A stretch of DNA of 64,000 bases from Epiperipatus broadwayi (taxonomy: Eukaryota; Animalia; Onychophora): positions 5,704,001-5,768,000 of the forward strand of contig JAQFVV010000011.1 in NCBI GenBank assembly GCA_028023455.1. Reading direction: 5' to 3'. The position numbers and the translations under genes were made by a program. The notes beneath the pieces are model-generated. The model saw only the letters and a program-made list of their open reading frames with translations, made no database searches and was not told the DNA's origin. Shown here piece after piece: positions 1 through 14,462 of this stretch. Within the stretch, counting starts at the first letter, position 1. Each line of letters starts with the position of its first letter.

Positions 1-2472
1 AGCATTACTTACTGGTAAGTTTTGTGAATTCAGTAGTAGATAACTATCCATAGTTTTTCGGAGTTGAATTGAGCTCACGGCCTTTGATTATTAGTTGATC
101 TTGGTGCTGGTTCCATAGGCTAGTCGCGTAAGCTTCTCTGGTGTCCATCGGTAATGATGTCAGCTAAAGCTCCGGTCTACTCTTGTATGAATAACTTTTT
201 CATCGTAGAGTGGTCTGGATTCTCTAATCCAAAACCAACCAAAAGAATATCAGCTAAACCAACACGTTCCTCCAACTGAATCCCTCCTTTTTATACTAGA
301 GGTCCCATTGTCGGACTTCTGCGCATGCTAATATCATGGCGTTTTGCGTTTATAATCTTATATATTCTTTATAAAATTTATGTTACAAAGTCTTTATTTT
401 TTTCAGCATAATTCTGCCATCTTTAATTAGTTGAAATATTTTTACTTTCTCTTATCTAGATTGGTAATTTGTGTCTTTTGTTCTCTCCAATTCTAACTTT
501 TATTTCTAATTACATAAAAAAAAAAATGAAAGAATAATTTAACTTTCATTGTACATTATTTTTTTTTTTTTAAAAAAAAATTAGTCAAAAAAAAAATCTA
601 AATTTACTTTTATTTTTTAGCTTTTACCAAATGCCAATATATTTGCAACGTATATAAATAAACGTTACACAGGTTATATGAATATTTACATGTATGTACT
701 AAAGCAGGGTATATCTACACAGATAAACTTGCTTCATGTTCATTTTAATTTGCCCATCTTCCATTGTATATATGCAATTTATTATTAAATATCTGCACAC
801 ATTAGTAATAGGTGTGTGTACAACTTGGCATTATTCTGACATAATCATAAAAAGCTAGGTTTGTTCACTAAAATCAGGTGATATATTAGTTATTGTTAAA
901 AAAAAAAAAAAGTAAAAGTAAAAATCAATTGTAGCAAGATGTTTGAATAATTTTATACAATAGGAGAAAGGAATTAGTTATTACGGAAGGGAGCTTAAGT
1001 GCCACAGTTCTATATCAGTACATTCTATCTACAAAAATAGTTGCAGTTGGACATCTTTAGACATGATAAGGTGTTATTAAGAAAAAACAAACAAAAGTCA
1101 GAAAACCAGCTGGGCAACGCAGGAGAATGAGGAAGTGAAGAGTGGATAAATAGCAATTAGAGAAATTAGTCAAAATCCATTAAAGAAAGTCACTAAGTGC
1201 AATGTAAGGTAGGGAACTAAAATATATAAGCATACAATTCGACATTGTCTAGATATAATAATAATTTCTTCCAGCGAATAATAATAATTCTTAAAAAATT
1301 TATGAAAGATTATGAGTTTTCATGATTATTAAGATTATCAACTAACTTTGTATCACCGAGAAGTATCATCCAAATTTCATCTTATTGTTCAACCCAAGAT
1401 TGCCGAGAATAACAGCATCAAGCTAAAACTGACTGCAAGAAGAAATAAATAGAATGATTGCTGTACCTGCAATGAGTGAGTAGTAGGGTGTCAGCTTCTC
1501 CACAGTCATAGGGGGGGGTGATTGTGGCATCCTAGCTGTTCCATCCAAAATATGAAGTTCAAAACCATATCCTATATCCTCCATATAAGCCGCAAGATCA
1601 CCAGTTTACTTACATATTCCTGAAGCCCCGAGAAAATTAAGTTTTACTGGTAAATATGTTCCACTATTTTAGAAACTAACTGTAACTTTATATATATACA
1701 CACACACTTTAACTAGTCTTAATCACTCAAATTATTTAACCTTTATTTTATATCAAAATCTACTCTCTCAATTATTTTTATGAAATGAGAATTATATTTG
1801 TTTATTTTATTTATGCTATTTTTTTGAATGATGGAGGGAACGTGTTTATTAAGTATGATAGTTACACTTCTTTGCTCACGAAATCCCAGTAGAACGGAGT
1901 GGGGTAAAGAAGATGGCTAATTTAGAATCTAATTTTAAAGAACAACAATAACTAAAGGATGTCAAGAAAGTTACCTTTTAATTCTCAGAATTTGTGTACA
2001 AAATAATTAAAGAGTGGCAAGCGTATTTTTCTAAACATTTTCTAAATTATTTGTTTAAAGTATGCTTTTATATATGTGGAACTTTGTATTAAACCAGTAA
2101 TAGAATAACATATTGACTTAATTTAAATTATTTTTATATACTGCTAAGCTAATAATGTGAGAAATAATAAAATTCATAATCATGGGTTGTAATTATTTTG
2201 GGTCAGTACGAACATTAATCACTTATTTAAAATGTATTTGCTGCAATACTGCCTCTATATAGCTCAAACTGCAATCCATATCAATCTATATAATGAACCT
2301 AGGATTGCGCTATCAGCTTGTTTCAGGAATAATCCACGTCCCAAATCTAAATAAATAGATAAAAACTACATATATCATTGAATTTGAAGTATTAAAGCAT
2401 CAATAATTATTGTTTGTGAGTTATTAAATAACACAATTATTCATTGATTAGCTAGGGACACTCATGGTTTAT

Positions 2473-2475
<3 letters not shown>

Positions 2476-2531
<56 letters not shown>

Positions 2532-2557
2532 TATATATATATATATATATATATATA
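2476..2557. repeat. (TA)n microsatellite, ~40 units, one G interruption
   Basis: Read directly from the sequence. Confidence 0.97.
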
Positions 2558-3771
2558 ATGCATTTTACAAAGTTATTATCATAGGCAGTAGGCCAATGAT
2601 AGATTCTTAGTTATTGATATGTATATTCACATTCATGCCTATATATGTTGGGCTTGGTTGTTATTTTTTTATACTTCAACTACACACATTCTCTCAAAGA
2701 TTCATGCATCTCAGGTCAAATGGCATAAGAGCAGACCAGACAACACTCACCAGGGTTCCTAATCAAAAGACTAGCACCGGTATAGGTTCAGCAGAAGCTG
2801 GAGACTCTGTGACCCCAAGTCCTAGATTTAGCACACCACTTCTCTCCATCTGGTATGCATCCTTGGTCAGAAACAGACACACTTCTAGTGGGGGAACATC
2901 TATTTGGATCAACCAGCTGATCATCATTCCTATACCATTGCCCATTCTAAGATAGGTAGTATCGTGATTCCTTCATAATGCTCATGTTTCAGCCTCTGTT
3001 TACCTCCATTAGCAACCCTAAGTGATCTAACTTTGAAGCCGTACACAAATGTCCCATTTAATAATTAATTTATTCATTGTATTAAAACCCAAAATGAGCT
3101 GGTAGACTATGTATTTGTTAACCCTTTATAAATAGTAAGCTGCCATGACCTTCAAATAAGCGTTGTAAAAGCCAGTGAATAATTTTAGTTAACTGTTGTA
3201 AGCCAATCTTTCTACTTTGATAATTTGTAATAAACTGTATACCTTGTATTTATTAAATGCATGTCTTTATTATGGGTTGCAGCATGGATGACTTACTATT
3301 ATCTCTAATCATTATTTCTTAGGCGTTAGTCATGGTTTAAGTATTTTAAAACATCTATAATACAAGTCACACATCCATGGGTGTATCTGAGGGTAGTGGT
3401 AATCAAACTTTGATGACGGTAGTATTAATACATCCATATAGGGTATAGAGTTATGTAGGAAGTGTGGGAATCCTAAGAAAGAGTCTATGCTCAGTCTCCG
3501 AGTTGCAATGCACTGTATGAAGAGGGAAGGCTGTGTGATGTCAAGGGCATTAATTACGTGTTTGAGACTGGGAAGCTCAGGTAGGGGTTTAAAGTAGGGA
3601 TGTGGGCTCTTCCCATGCCAGCTTATTGAGAGTTCCTACTTGGTCTTTGGGTATTGTTGACTAATTATACCATCTTGACCATTACATTATTATTATTGAG
3701 TACAAATTACATAAATGTCACATTATATATGACTTGCTTTTTTAATTATTACAAATTACATATAGATATAT

Positions 3772-4010
3772 TATAACAGTTGGGGAATAGATGAATACTT
3801 TCACTATCTGCCGCACAAGCCGCCACTAGACCATTTGAACCTAGAAAATTTATAATTGTAGAGAGATGCTTTTGCTAAGATCTAAATTTTGACCATTAGC
3901 CCTTACCACTAGCTCAAGGAGAAGCAGAGATTTAAAAATCTACATTCTTAAAATATATTTTTAATAAAGAAAAAGATAAAAATAAACTAAACCCCTGCCA
4001 GTAATAACAC
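3772..4010 (-). mobile_element. Truncated, diverged relative of the terminal ~250 bp of the 44140-46328 solo-LTR-like element
   Basis: The reverse complement shares ordered blocks with 46083-46328: attactggcag, ttaaatctctgct, tgagctagtg, gggctaa, tataaattt(t)tctaggttcaaatg..ctag(a)tggcg. It ends in gttata+atat versus gttaca+atat. Confidence 0.7.
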
Positions 4011-4029
4011 AAAAAGATTATATATATAT

Positions 4030-4530
4030 TGTACAGGACCATACTTCCCTGTGGAATTCTGCTCTTAATCTTGCACTGAGCATGAAGTGATTAAGATTTA
4101 ACAGGGAAAGAAATGGTTACCAATTTAGCCAATTATATGTACTCATATATATTGGTACTTCCAGCTAAACTGATAGAAAGAGTGAATTGAGAGGATTCTG
4201 CCAATTACAAATCCCTTTAGTTAATATCCTACTCGAATGCCCGAATGCTTAGGACCTATGATAAGTACACATCTTCAAAAAGTCTATTTACAAATAGCTT
4301 TTGCGCACCACTCCTAGAAAAGAATAAAAATGAATTTCCCCTCCTCCTAGAAGAATATGTAATACCATATGTACAGTGGAGCATGAGAATAAGATTTAAC
4401 ACCCTGATAGAGCAATATCCCATGTGGCTAGCTCAGTACACTCTATATCCAGGGTCTTCAATGAGTAAGTTAAATAGTTATTACAGGTATGTGATTGATA
4501 ATGAAAGATTACATTTTATCAAAAAATAAT
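4030..4530 (+). pseudogene. Degenerate L1/Tx1-like LINE ORF2 fragment (region downstream of RT core)
   Basis: Interrupted translation ..DLTGKEMVTNLANYMYSYILVLPAKLIERVN.. and ..RIRFNTLIEQYP.. resembles the LSxxGKxxL and xNxLPT segments seen in the better-preserved LINEs at 9.6 kb and 52.7 kb. The match is weak. Confidence 0.35.
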
Positions 4531-7500
4531 AATACGAAAACAAAACAAATTTAATATTATTATTAAATATTTATTTAATCCCAAGTACCCACTATTGTTT
4601 CATATTTAAAATGATATAATAAAAATGAATAAATGAATTATCACAAACCTGTGTATATATTTGATGCTTTGAAATAGATAAATATATAAATACAATTTTA
4701 AATGAATAAGAACAATACTAAATCCCTAAAGCTATTTATATTTCATAATGAAATGGAAGTGGTCAGAGCTTTTTACCCATAGAAATAAGTTATACTTTGT
4801 ATAATTTGATATATATTTTTCAGATAAAAGATTTTCTGTTATACGGGCATACACTTCTATTCAGGACTTTAAAACCTTTTTTATTGATAGAAAATCTAAT
4901 AAAAAAAAATTATGCATGTATATATCTGCACTATAAAATATTTCACTAATTTCGTATTTTACATGTCAATAAGGTTGCGTTAGCTCAGATACCGTAGAGC
5001 ACTCAACATGAGCTTATCTATTTGCCTTTTATGATAGGTAAATTCTTATACATGTATATACGTGCAGTACAATTATACAATCACTTCTATTTTAAATGCA
5101 AAGTTATTAGTAGAGTTGTTTATGGGAAATTTACAGTGAATAAACCCCCTTTGACACTCATCATAAGGTGCCACAATAACAAAAATAACTTAAAAGGATA
5201 TACGGATAAATACATTTTAGACACTAAACATGAAGTGTTATATTTATCGAATATTACAAGTGTATGTGCGCATATATACACATGTATATTTATGTATGAC
5301 AAATTTCAGGAGTAACAGCAAAAAAAAAAAAAACAGCAACAAAAAAAAAAAAAAACTAATTGCAACCTTTGCTGAAAATACTAGAATTTGGAATAGAAAA
5401 AAAATGAATTAAAAGATTTAAGTAAAAGCTGTATCATTATGCCTGTAATGACCGTAAATTCAATATATATATATATGCGAGAGACAACTCTCTCTCTCTT
5501 TTTTAAAATGATTAATAATAATAACAAAAAATATATTTCTAATTATCGGAAATAGAATGAATGAATTCAATATTAATAAAATAATTTTTAAAAGAAACTT
5601 ATGTAGGTGTCTTCATTTTCTCCTGACTGGGCTTTGAGTGGGCTTCAAGTCAACTGGCTGTGTGGTGAGGATTTCATCTCATTCTGGCATAGGCAAGGTG
5701 GCTTTTGTCATCATCGCGGCCGGCTGGAACTGGCGTGATCACATCTTGATGATTTGGACAGAGAAAGGGCGGGTGCACCGGCTGGTTGTCTACCCCACGG
5801 TCATTTTACTGGAACCTCTAGTAGATTGCTTCATATTTTCTTTTTTGTATATTATAACAATTATGATTATTATTAAATTTTCATCTGCTGTCTTGAATGG
5901 TTACTCGAATCCACAAGAAGACAAAGAGTTCTTAAAAGACCTGTATAATGGATTTCTTTTTAAGAAATATCAGTAATAGTCTGGTCCATATATGAATCTT
6001 TAAGTGGCTGGATGATTGAAGAATACCAGAGCCAAAGTAGTGAATGACTTGCCCAGAACGACTGCCAAAGAAAGAAGGAATCCCACAGCACTGAGTAAAA
6101 TCTATCAACCCTACTCATACAGAACCAATTCAGGTACCCCTCTGAGGAGTATGAATCAGCCAACCCTTTTAATTTAGCTTATCATTTAGATTATGAACAT
6201 TCCTATTTTTCTGATTAAATTCTACATAGGGTTTGATATAATATTTGGTTTCCATCTTGAATACTCAGACAACTTGATTACAGTTATCAATTCAAAATAA
6301 TTTTTATTTTATATACAAAAAAAAAGACAACAGTTTAATTATAGCATTGATTATCAAACATTTTGCTTTTGGTCAGATTTTTGCCAAAGCAATTAACATT
6401 CTTTGCTTACGGAATAAAATTGCAGTTTTTAGAAAAGTAATTAAAAAAATAAAAAATATATACAAGTATGTTGGAACAATTACTTTAATTATTTATTTTA
6501 CTAATATGTTCCAACATGTGATCCATTTGTTCAATAAAGTTTGCTTTTCTCTATTTGAATTTTTCAGAGAAAAGCAAAATACATAAAATGACATATACTG
6601 AAAATATACAAAAAAAAATACATGAGTTTATTATATGTGTATTTGCGTACAATATTTCTGCGTCAATTCAATGTTTGCTTTAAATTAATGTGTGTGGGTA
6701 TTCTAATGCTCAGACCCAACTTCCATTATTAATATAGCACATTTATATATTTGTTGTGCTTAATATACACAAATTTACATGTTTATCTGCTGTAATTTTC
6801 TTTACAGCAGACTTTGTGCATGGACATTTGCTAATGCCTGGCACAATATATAACAACAACTAATTTAAATAATAAATTATTCAACCCTGCTTTAGGTTTC
6901 ATTATTTTTTTTTAAACTTTAATTTTTAATTTTAGAATGTTGAACATAGATAGGCTACCTAGACTACGTGCTTAAAAGATTTTCAAAACATTTGATTCAA
7001 GGCTAAAAGTTCACAGCTAAACCAATGCTAGCTTTCTGATATACATACACAACCAATGCAGTATGAAGATGTTAGCATAAAACCATGCTGATAGCATGAT
7101 GTTATTTAAAAGAAATGATCCTTGTCCAGTACAGGAATGTGCTTCTGTTTGGCGAAGGAATCATATATATTACACATTAAAAAGGAAATGCTTTGCATGC
7201 AGGGAGAACAGTCTTTTCCATCTTATAGTCCCTATCCATAGAGCTAAAGAGGATCAATGTCATGGGAAATACTCCATGTCCATTGCAACGCTATGGCTAC
7301 ACCCCTAGGGCCATGCATTCATTTGTGCACAGTGCTCTGTATGCTAACACACTTCACATTACATTGATATGAACATCCATATATCCCTCCACCAGCATCA
7401 GCTCAACTACAAACAAATAGTCCGAAATCAAAACCTCTTAAACTAACATACAGTTAAACAAATCTAAGCAGCCATCTACACCCAAATTAAATTTAAGTCA

Positions 7501-8739
7501 ATTTAATAATTTATTCTTTAAAAAAATATTTAGTTTAAAATATTTAACTTATTTTAAAATCACCTAATGTATTTAATTTATTTTAAAATCAAATAATGTA
7601 TTTGACCTATTTTTAAAATCCAATAATGCACAAATAATGATATGTGTTCAATTTTATCTTTAAATTTGTTGCAATCGCAAACTCCCTCCCTATTACCAAC
7701 AGGCCTTACACTAAGCATAAAAAATATATAATACATATTTTAAAAAGATTATGTTTAACTTTTAGATAAGATTTTCAACATTGCAAAGATTATGAAAATA
7801 AAGTTCAGATGTGATCATGAGAGAAAGTCTATAATTCTTATTTAAAGGAAAATAAAGTTTGCAGATTTTAAATTAAAGAGAGTTTATAGTTCATTTTATC
7901 ATTAATAATTTATACTTTCCTTCCTTTCTCCGAGCTCATTCCTTCATAATGAAGATCTGAGTTTACACAAGATCCATTTCTTGTGGATGATGTCAATTTA
8001 TGAAGATGGTTCCAGTGGTTTGATCCTGGGAAACGCGGAGATGAAAGCTGCCTTCAGCCAGCTGGACTGAGGGAAGCGCGATCAAACGGATTACATTGTG
8101 GCAAAGACAACCACTCTCCTACTTTGATCTACTTTTAGGTTTCTTTTGAACAATGACAAACAAATTCAAATTCTTTTCTTATTTCTTTTGAATTTTTTTT
8201 TTTTTAATCCTGAAACATCTTATCTGGGAATCCTTGGATCCATCTGACATATTTCATATATGTATTTCATTGGTTCTGTGGTAAGTTGATTTTTCCTCTG
8301 TGGTCTGTGTGCATATATATCTTGGGTGGGAAAAGCAAGTCATTTGTTTTGATGTTTAAAAAAATGAAAATTATAATGTTATATTTGATTTTCTCTCTTA
8401 TTAAAGAGAAATAAGTTTGCTGTAAAAGAAACAGATGTTTATCTCTGTAAATATTTTACATGTCAGTATAGAAATATTTTCATTGTATGTATTTTAATTT
8501 TTATTATTTGTTTTGTAATGTTATTTTAAAAATTCCGAATGGACTGCTTTTAGCTTTAACCTGTTAAAAGGGTTTCTTTTGTCAAAGATTTAGAACTTAA
8601 CAGTGGAAGCTGGATTTGGAAAAAACAAAAAATAAATTAAAAAAAAACATATAATAATAAAAAATGAGAAATTAAATGAGATAGGGATGCACATAATTTT
8701 CACTATCAATATTCGATCCGACATAAAAATAGAATTTTT

Positions 8740-10664
8740 TTTAAATTAGAAAATAACTGGAGATAGTGTATCAGATTAAAGAAATTGAACATTTTTTTGA
8801 TTTGTAAATAATTGGAGATGGCTGATGGCTTCCAGGAACTTCTAGGGATCAACCCAATTGCCATGGTTCCTCTAGTTAAGAAACTACAAGGTCCTCGGAA
8901 CCTGGGGAATCTCAGGCCAATATCGATGATCTCTCTACTGGTAAAGACAGTTGAGGCCCTAATAAAAAATGACATACAAGATATTATAATTGATCAGCTG
9001 TCTAAATGCCAGTTTGCCAAAAAGGGGAACTCGATGGCTGATGCTGTGAGCCAATTTCATCTATTGATAAACCACATTCGCATGAAGAAGATGTCACAGC
9101 CAATCACAGTTCAGCTTGATTTTGCTGCCGCTTTTGATTGTGTTCAAGTTGATGCACTTATGAAGATCCTGGAGGGGCTCAAAGTACCAGCTACCTACCT
9201 CCAGATAATAGAGAAACTTTTGTATAGTAGGGAGGTGATTTTGTCTCTGGATGGGAGGGTGTCCCCAGGATTTAAGCCTGTTGTTTCCATTTCTCAGGGC
9301 TTTCCTCTGAGTGCACTCCTTTCCCCTGCCTATGTGAATCCCCTCCTGCTAAGGATGAAGCATCTCTTAAAAGGATACTCATACCTTTGTTGAGGGACAG
9401 TCAATCATGTCTCCTATATGGATGATGTGGTGGTTTTTCTTGCTTCATGGGAGGAGCTCTTGGACCAATTCGAATGTGAATTTGGTCTAAGAGTCAACAA
9501 GGAGAAATCGGCAATCTGGTTGATTATGACTGGCAAGCAAATTCCTGACATGTTTAAGGCTCCACCTCAGAAGTTCCTGGGTATTCATCTAGTGCTCCCC
9601 CCCCATCTAAAATGAAGGGAATTGAAAATAATCTAATGATTAAGATAACAAAATTTATTGGATTATTGGAGGATTTATTTGTCTTTGTTCGGGAAAATCG
9701 CACTCATGAATGCTATTATGCTTCCCAAGATCACATATTTCCTTGCAGGCTTCTCACTGATGAAAGCCTTTATAAGGAATGTCGAAACCCAATGTAGGAA
9801 GGTATGTTGGGGGGCAAAGCTCCTGTCATCAGCCTGTGCCTACTACTGAAATCTAAATAGATGAACGGCTTAGGATTACACTCAGTCAAGATCTCATAAT
9901 GTACTTACCAGATTATTTATGAAAAACCAGATATGGAAGGGCCAATATTTCCAGAAGAAATAACTCTTACCGATAGGCCATCTTTCAAAAGTGGAAGGCT
10001 TTGGATTCAAAAGCAAATCTCCATAGTATTTAACAATCTAAAAATAAAGAAGCCAGGAACAATGCTCAACAACAAACTAAACTACTGGAGTACATATGAT
10101 CTTATGAATCCGGAAGAAACTAAAATTGACAATATTCTTTCGATTGGGATATCGAGGTTCTCGAGCTTCACCAAATGTCTAAAATTGGAACCGAGGTTTG
10201 TTGATTTTTTAATCGAGGGCAACCTCGGGGACTAGCCTACCACTGACTTTCTACATAGTAAAAGGAATTATAATCTGGACTCTGCATGTGCACTATGTAG
10301 GCGAAGTAATGAGACAATGGCACATATATTGGAAGAGTGTCAAATTTGGAATAACATAAGAAACATTATTAAATCTCTCATTAAAAACAAAGAATCAGCT
10401 TGTATAAATTTGATTAAAGCCTTCAAGAATGGACATTTTGAAATCATAAGATTAGCAACATTTATAAATTTTTGCATTTGGTCACTGATAAATAAGATCA
10501 TCTTCGAAAGTGGAGAAGAATATGACATGATTAAAATGACTTTACACTTATTAGAAGGAATTAAAGAATTAGACCAAAAATTTTCTCAGAATTGGATGTT
10601 TAACCAGACCTGGTCCCTAATAAACCTAAAACAAAGTGTAGTACTGATGATGAAAAAAATATAA
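8740..10664 (+). mobile_element. L1/Tx1-clade non-LTR retrotransposon, 5'-truncated ORF2 with frameshifts and stops (RT plus C-terminal CCHC)
   Basis: RT motifs in order: NLRPISMISLLVK, QCQF, QLDFAAAFDCV, ISQGFPLSALL, YMDDVVVF, LRVNKEKS, KFLGI, LSLFGKIALMN. A C-terminal CALC..ETMAHILEECQIW knuckle and an IWxxxNxxxF motif follow, both typical of L1/Tx1. No APE endonuclease is recognisable directly upstream. Confidence 0.9.
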
Positions 10665-11890
10665 AGTTGTAAATCCACAGATACTAAGAAAATTTGAGTG
10701 AACTGTTTACCTAAAACATTTTAGGTAAACTTTATATGGAAGAGATCCAAGAACTAGAAAATTTTATTATAAAGTTATTCACCTAATTGATGATTAATAG
10801 GAAAGGGCTTTCATTTGATTAATGGATCAGTTTTAATCAATGACCCAATAAATATATGCTTAATGGTAACCAATTTGTTTACTGTAAAGAATCTATGATA
10901 TATTTTGTATAAGTTTCAATCTTAGATATTCTATGAAAACCTGCTTTTAAGTAAATTTTTATGAGTGTTATCCCTATTTTGGATTGGCTAACCTCATGAT
11001 CTATAAGTAAAGTGTATGGCTTTCAATATATCATTCAAAATGACTAATCTCAAAATTTAAATGTTTAAATTAATATACACAGAAACATTGGAAGTGCTCG
11101 TCATTTGGTAAGATAAAGCTCTACAGACTAAATGGCTAAATATATTTTTAATCATTATCTACATGTTCATAAATTTAAACAAACTTATATGTGTTTGAAT
11201 TGACTAACACCATCATATATGTGATATACATGATTAAATTAATGTAAATGGGCCACAACTATGATTTTCTGGAATGGGAAGTTATATCTCTTCAATTTTT
11301 GGTGATAACTAATACAAGCATAACCTCCAATTTTGTTTACTGGTCTCCATTGAGATTGATGTGTAAAGGTCCTTTTTTTAATGTAAATGATTCTTATGGA
11401 TTGTGAATACATTTTTCTTTGAAAGATAAATAATTGGAGATATTGCATGAGATAAAAGATATAGAACATTTTGGATTGTTTTAAAGAAATATAAATAAAT
11501 AAAAAATCTGAACTTTCAGTTAGTTTTTTGGGGTACTAGAAAGCAAGGAAGAAGAAAACTCTTTCTATATGCATAGGTACGAAGCACTGGAGACAAATAG
11601 TTAGTATGGCAACAAAAATTGTTATCCATGGAAAATAAATATTTCATCAGATTGTTAAAATTAACAGAGAAGTATAACTTAAAGATGCAACTGAAAGAAT
11701 ATGTGAACACCAATATGATGATTATGGGGTAAAGTCGAAAACATGCTTGGCTGTTAACCAACCACCCAAGCAAGGAAATGTGCTATTGATCCTGTTGTTT
11801 ATTAAAAAACCAAAATCTGCATCAGATCAAGACTTCCCGCAAAGTAGGATAAAACAATTCCTTCAACTGATTCCTCAAGAAGCTGAAAAT

Positions 11891-11950
11891 AGAGACATTA
11901 TCCAGACAGTGCATATGGTTTAGAGACATTATCCAGACAGTGCATATGGT
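11891..11950. repeat. Local tandem duplication of ~29 bp (gagacattatccagacagtgcatatggtt x2)
   Basis: Read directly from the sequence. Confidence 0.9.
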
Positions 11951-14227
11951 TATATCTTTGCATATAATAAGCTTATACTTATCTGTATCTGAATAAGATA
12001 AATTCCTGGGGACTAAGATAATTATTGTATTTTTATTTAAATACATCATATAATGTAATCCATATATGTATACTATATATATATTGTTTTTGTTGTTGTT
12101 TCTTGTAAAACTGTATTTTAACTTGAATAATTTTCTAAATGATAACCATTAAAGATGTAATATATATAATTTTATGAGAGTAGTGAGTATTTATTTTTTT
12201 AATCTCACTAAATGCATTCCATTAACTTGTCAATATATCTGTGTGGTTAGACAAGTAAACATATGTTCTAACATTAACATATCTCTGTTGGTATAGGTAC
12301 CACCTGCTCTGTGATTGAGCTAGATAGGGTCAGGCCCTTTAATTATATTAACTTAAAATGCTCCATAGTCGACCCTCAGGATTCTTACTTTGATAGTAGG
12401 ATTGGCATTTGGAATTGGCTAAATCCGATGACCATAAATATGTGACTAGGGTATCATATTAATAGGGAATATGTAAATAATATTATCAGGCAAATAGAGT
12501 GAGGTGATTAATTTATTTCACTAAAAACTTTCATTCCATAATAATATTAATAAAGCTAATAGATCACATAGATGTTGGATTATCTCTAAAATTGTTTGCT
12601 TAATCAGGTATTACTATGAGAACAAAATAATCCCAATTATATATATATATATTTTATGGTAGATAAGATTTAAAATAAATTATCTGCAGGTCAGTGGTGA
12701 CTAGACAGTCATTCTGAAAAATAAATTTAAAATAAAACATAATATACATTAAATTAGCAAAAATATAACCAAATACAACTGGGTTTGTTACAATATAATT
12801 GTATATAAATTGGGTGTATTTGGTGGAATGTACTAATAATTTTTATGGCTGTCTTATTGTTCATGTGTTACATACATTGCTTGTGAAAAACATTTGTTTT
12901 TAGATACAGTTTGATACATGAGATCAATGAGAGTTTACAATTTTGCTTATGATAAAAAAAGGTGATTTCAAGTAGTTGGAAGAATAATAATTGTTGAATA
13001 ACAAGATATATATTTCAAATTAGGTTTACATAAATTTTAAAATGCATTATGAGTTAAGTACATGAACACACATGGTGATAGGTGGTGAGCACTATAGATG
13101 TCAAGGCTAAGTCTTATTGCTCATGTGCTGGGCATTTAAAGTAAGTTAGTGGAATGATTTTGTAAACTTCTTAGGATCAGTGTTTGATGAGGTGGGAGTA
13201 TTATTTTATTCTCAAGTGGTGCAGTATTTGTTCCAGAGTTCACCATGGTATGAGATCATGTGTGGTAGGCACTTGAGCTGGTTGAAATTCCAGAGAGTAG
13301 GGTGGAAATGATATAGAGAGCGGTTGGAATCAATCGCTGATATAATGATGTACTTGAAGGGAAAATGTTTTAAATGATACAAAATATCCCCTGTGGCATG
13401 TAATAATAAATTTTGACAAATTGTTGTCAGCATATCAGGCATCCACACCATAGTGAGTGGCAGTGGTTTACAATCTTATGTTTTTAAGTGTTTGTATTGG
13501 TTGTCCTGAGACTTCAAATTGGCTTATTCATTAATGGACTTTAAATATCTTTGCTATTGCTATCTTTGCTATTGCTGACATGGAAATTGATCTTGAGGAT
13601 GCTGGCATATGTTTTTTTTATGAGGTAAAGCTGGCAATATGGCAGAATAGGTTTGGCTGCCAATCACTTGATCGCATGATTGTATTGCAGATATTTTGAT
13701 TGGTTTTAATGATTTAAAAATGGCATTTTTTAAAGAAAAAGCTTTTGTAAATATAAAATTATCTTAGAAAATTGTGGCATAGTTAATTGTTAATAATTGG
13801 TTCAATATAAATTAAATTTAACTGAAATATTGCAGATTTTGAGCGATCTTTTGGTGATTTAAATATCAAATTTTTCCTTGTTGCCTAGCAATACTAAGGT
13901 TTACTGCCACTAATGAAATATTTTTTCCTTTAAATTATCCATTATACACATGAATTTTTTTTATAAATAGCAAGCTATCTAATTAGGTCAAGTTCAGTCT
14001 TTGTGATGACTTGGAAATCTATCTTTAAAAAAACTAATATTTGCACATTCTTAGAATATGAAACAGGACATCTTGGAATGAATATAATGACTGGACTAAG
14101 ATTAATTGCTGAACAATTATTATTATCATCATTATTATTACTATTCTGATGATGATGATGTTTTAATAATATATTTTACTGTCAACTAAAGTTACATGAT
14201 ATTATGATAATGATGAAAAATAATATC

Positions 14228-14460
14228 ATGAATTACATTCTAGGTAAATGAAAAACTACTAGTTCAGCATAAATTAGATCTCGGAGAAAATGGAAAAATA
14301 GTAGTCTGCATGAATTGCATCTTGAGAAAAAGAAAAATTACTAGTCAGCGTGAATTGCATCTTGGTAAAATGAAAATATACTAGTCAACTTGAATTGCAT
14401 CTTGGGAAAATAGAAAAATACTAGTTCAGCATGTGTTGTATCTTGGGAAATTGGGAAAAT
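14228..14460. repeat. Minisatellite, ~5.5 copies of a ~40-bp unit (ctagtcagcatgaattgcatcttgggaaaatagaaaaata-like)
   Basis: ctagt/gtagt anchors at 14259, 14301, 14341, 14381 and 14421. Confidence 0.9.
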
Positions 14461-14462
14461 GC

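Noticed and set aside
1-345. LTR-like fragment with a TATAAAA box on the minus strand
   Set aside because: Cut by the window edge; no second terminus, TSD or PBS is visible.
2560-3700. Degenerate coding-like region (APE-like SGGTSIWI on +, protease-like VANG on -)
   Set aside because: Conflicting weak motifs on opposite strands, so the family cannot be assigned.
12280-12480. Possible gypsy protease remnant (VGIGTTCSVI)
   Set aside because: The catalytic Asp is absent and there is no flanking support.
14228-14460. CRISPR-like array
   Set aside because: Contiguous diverged tandem units without unique spacers, in a eukaryotic context with no cas genes.
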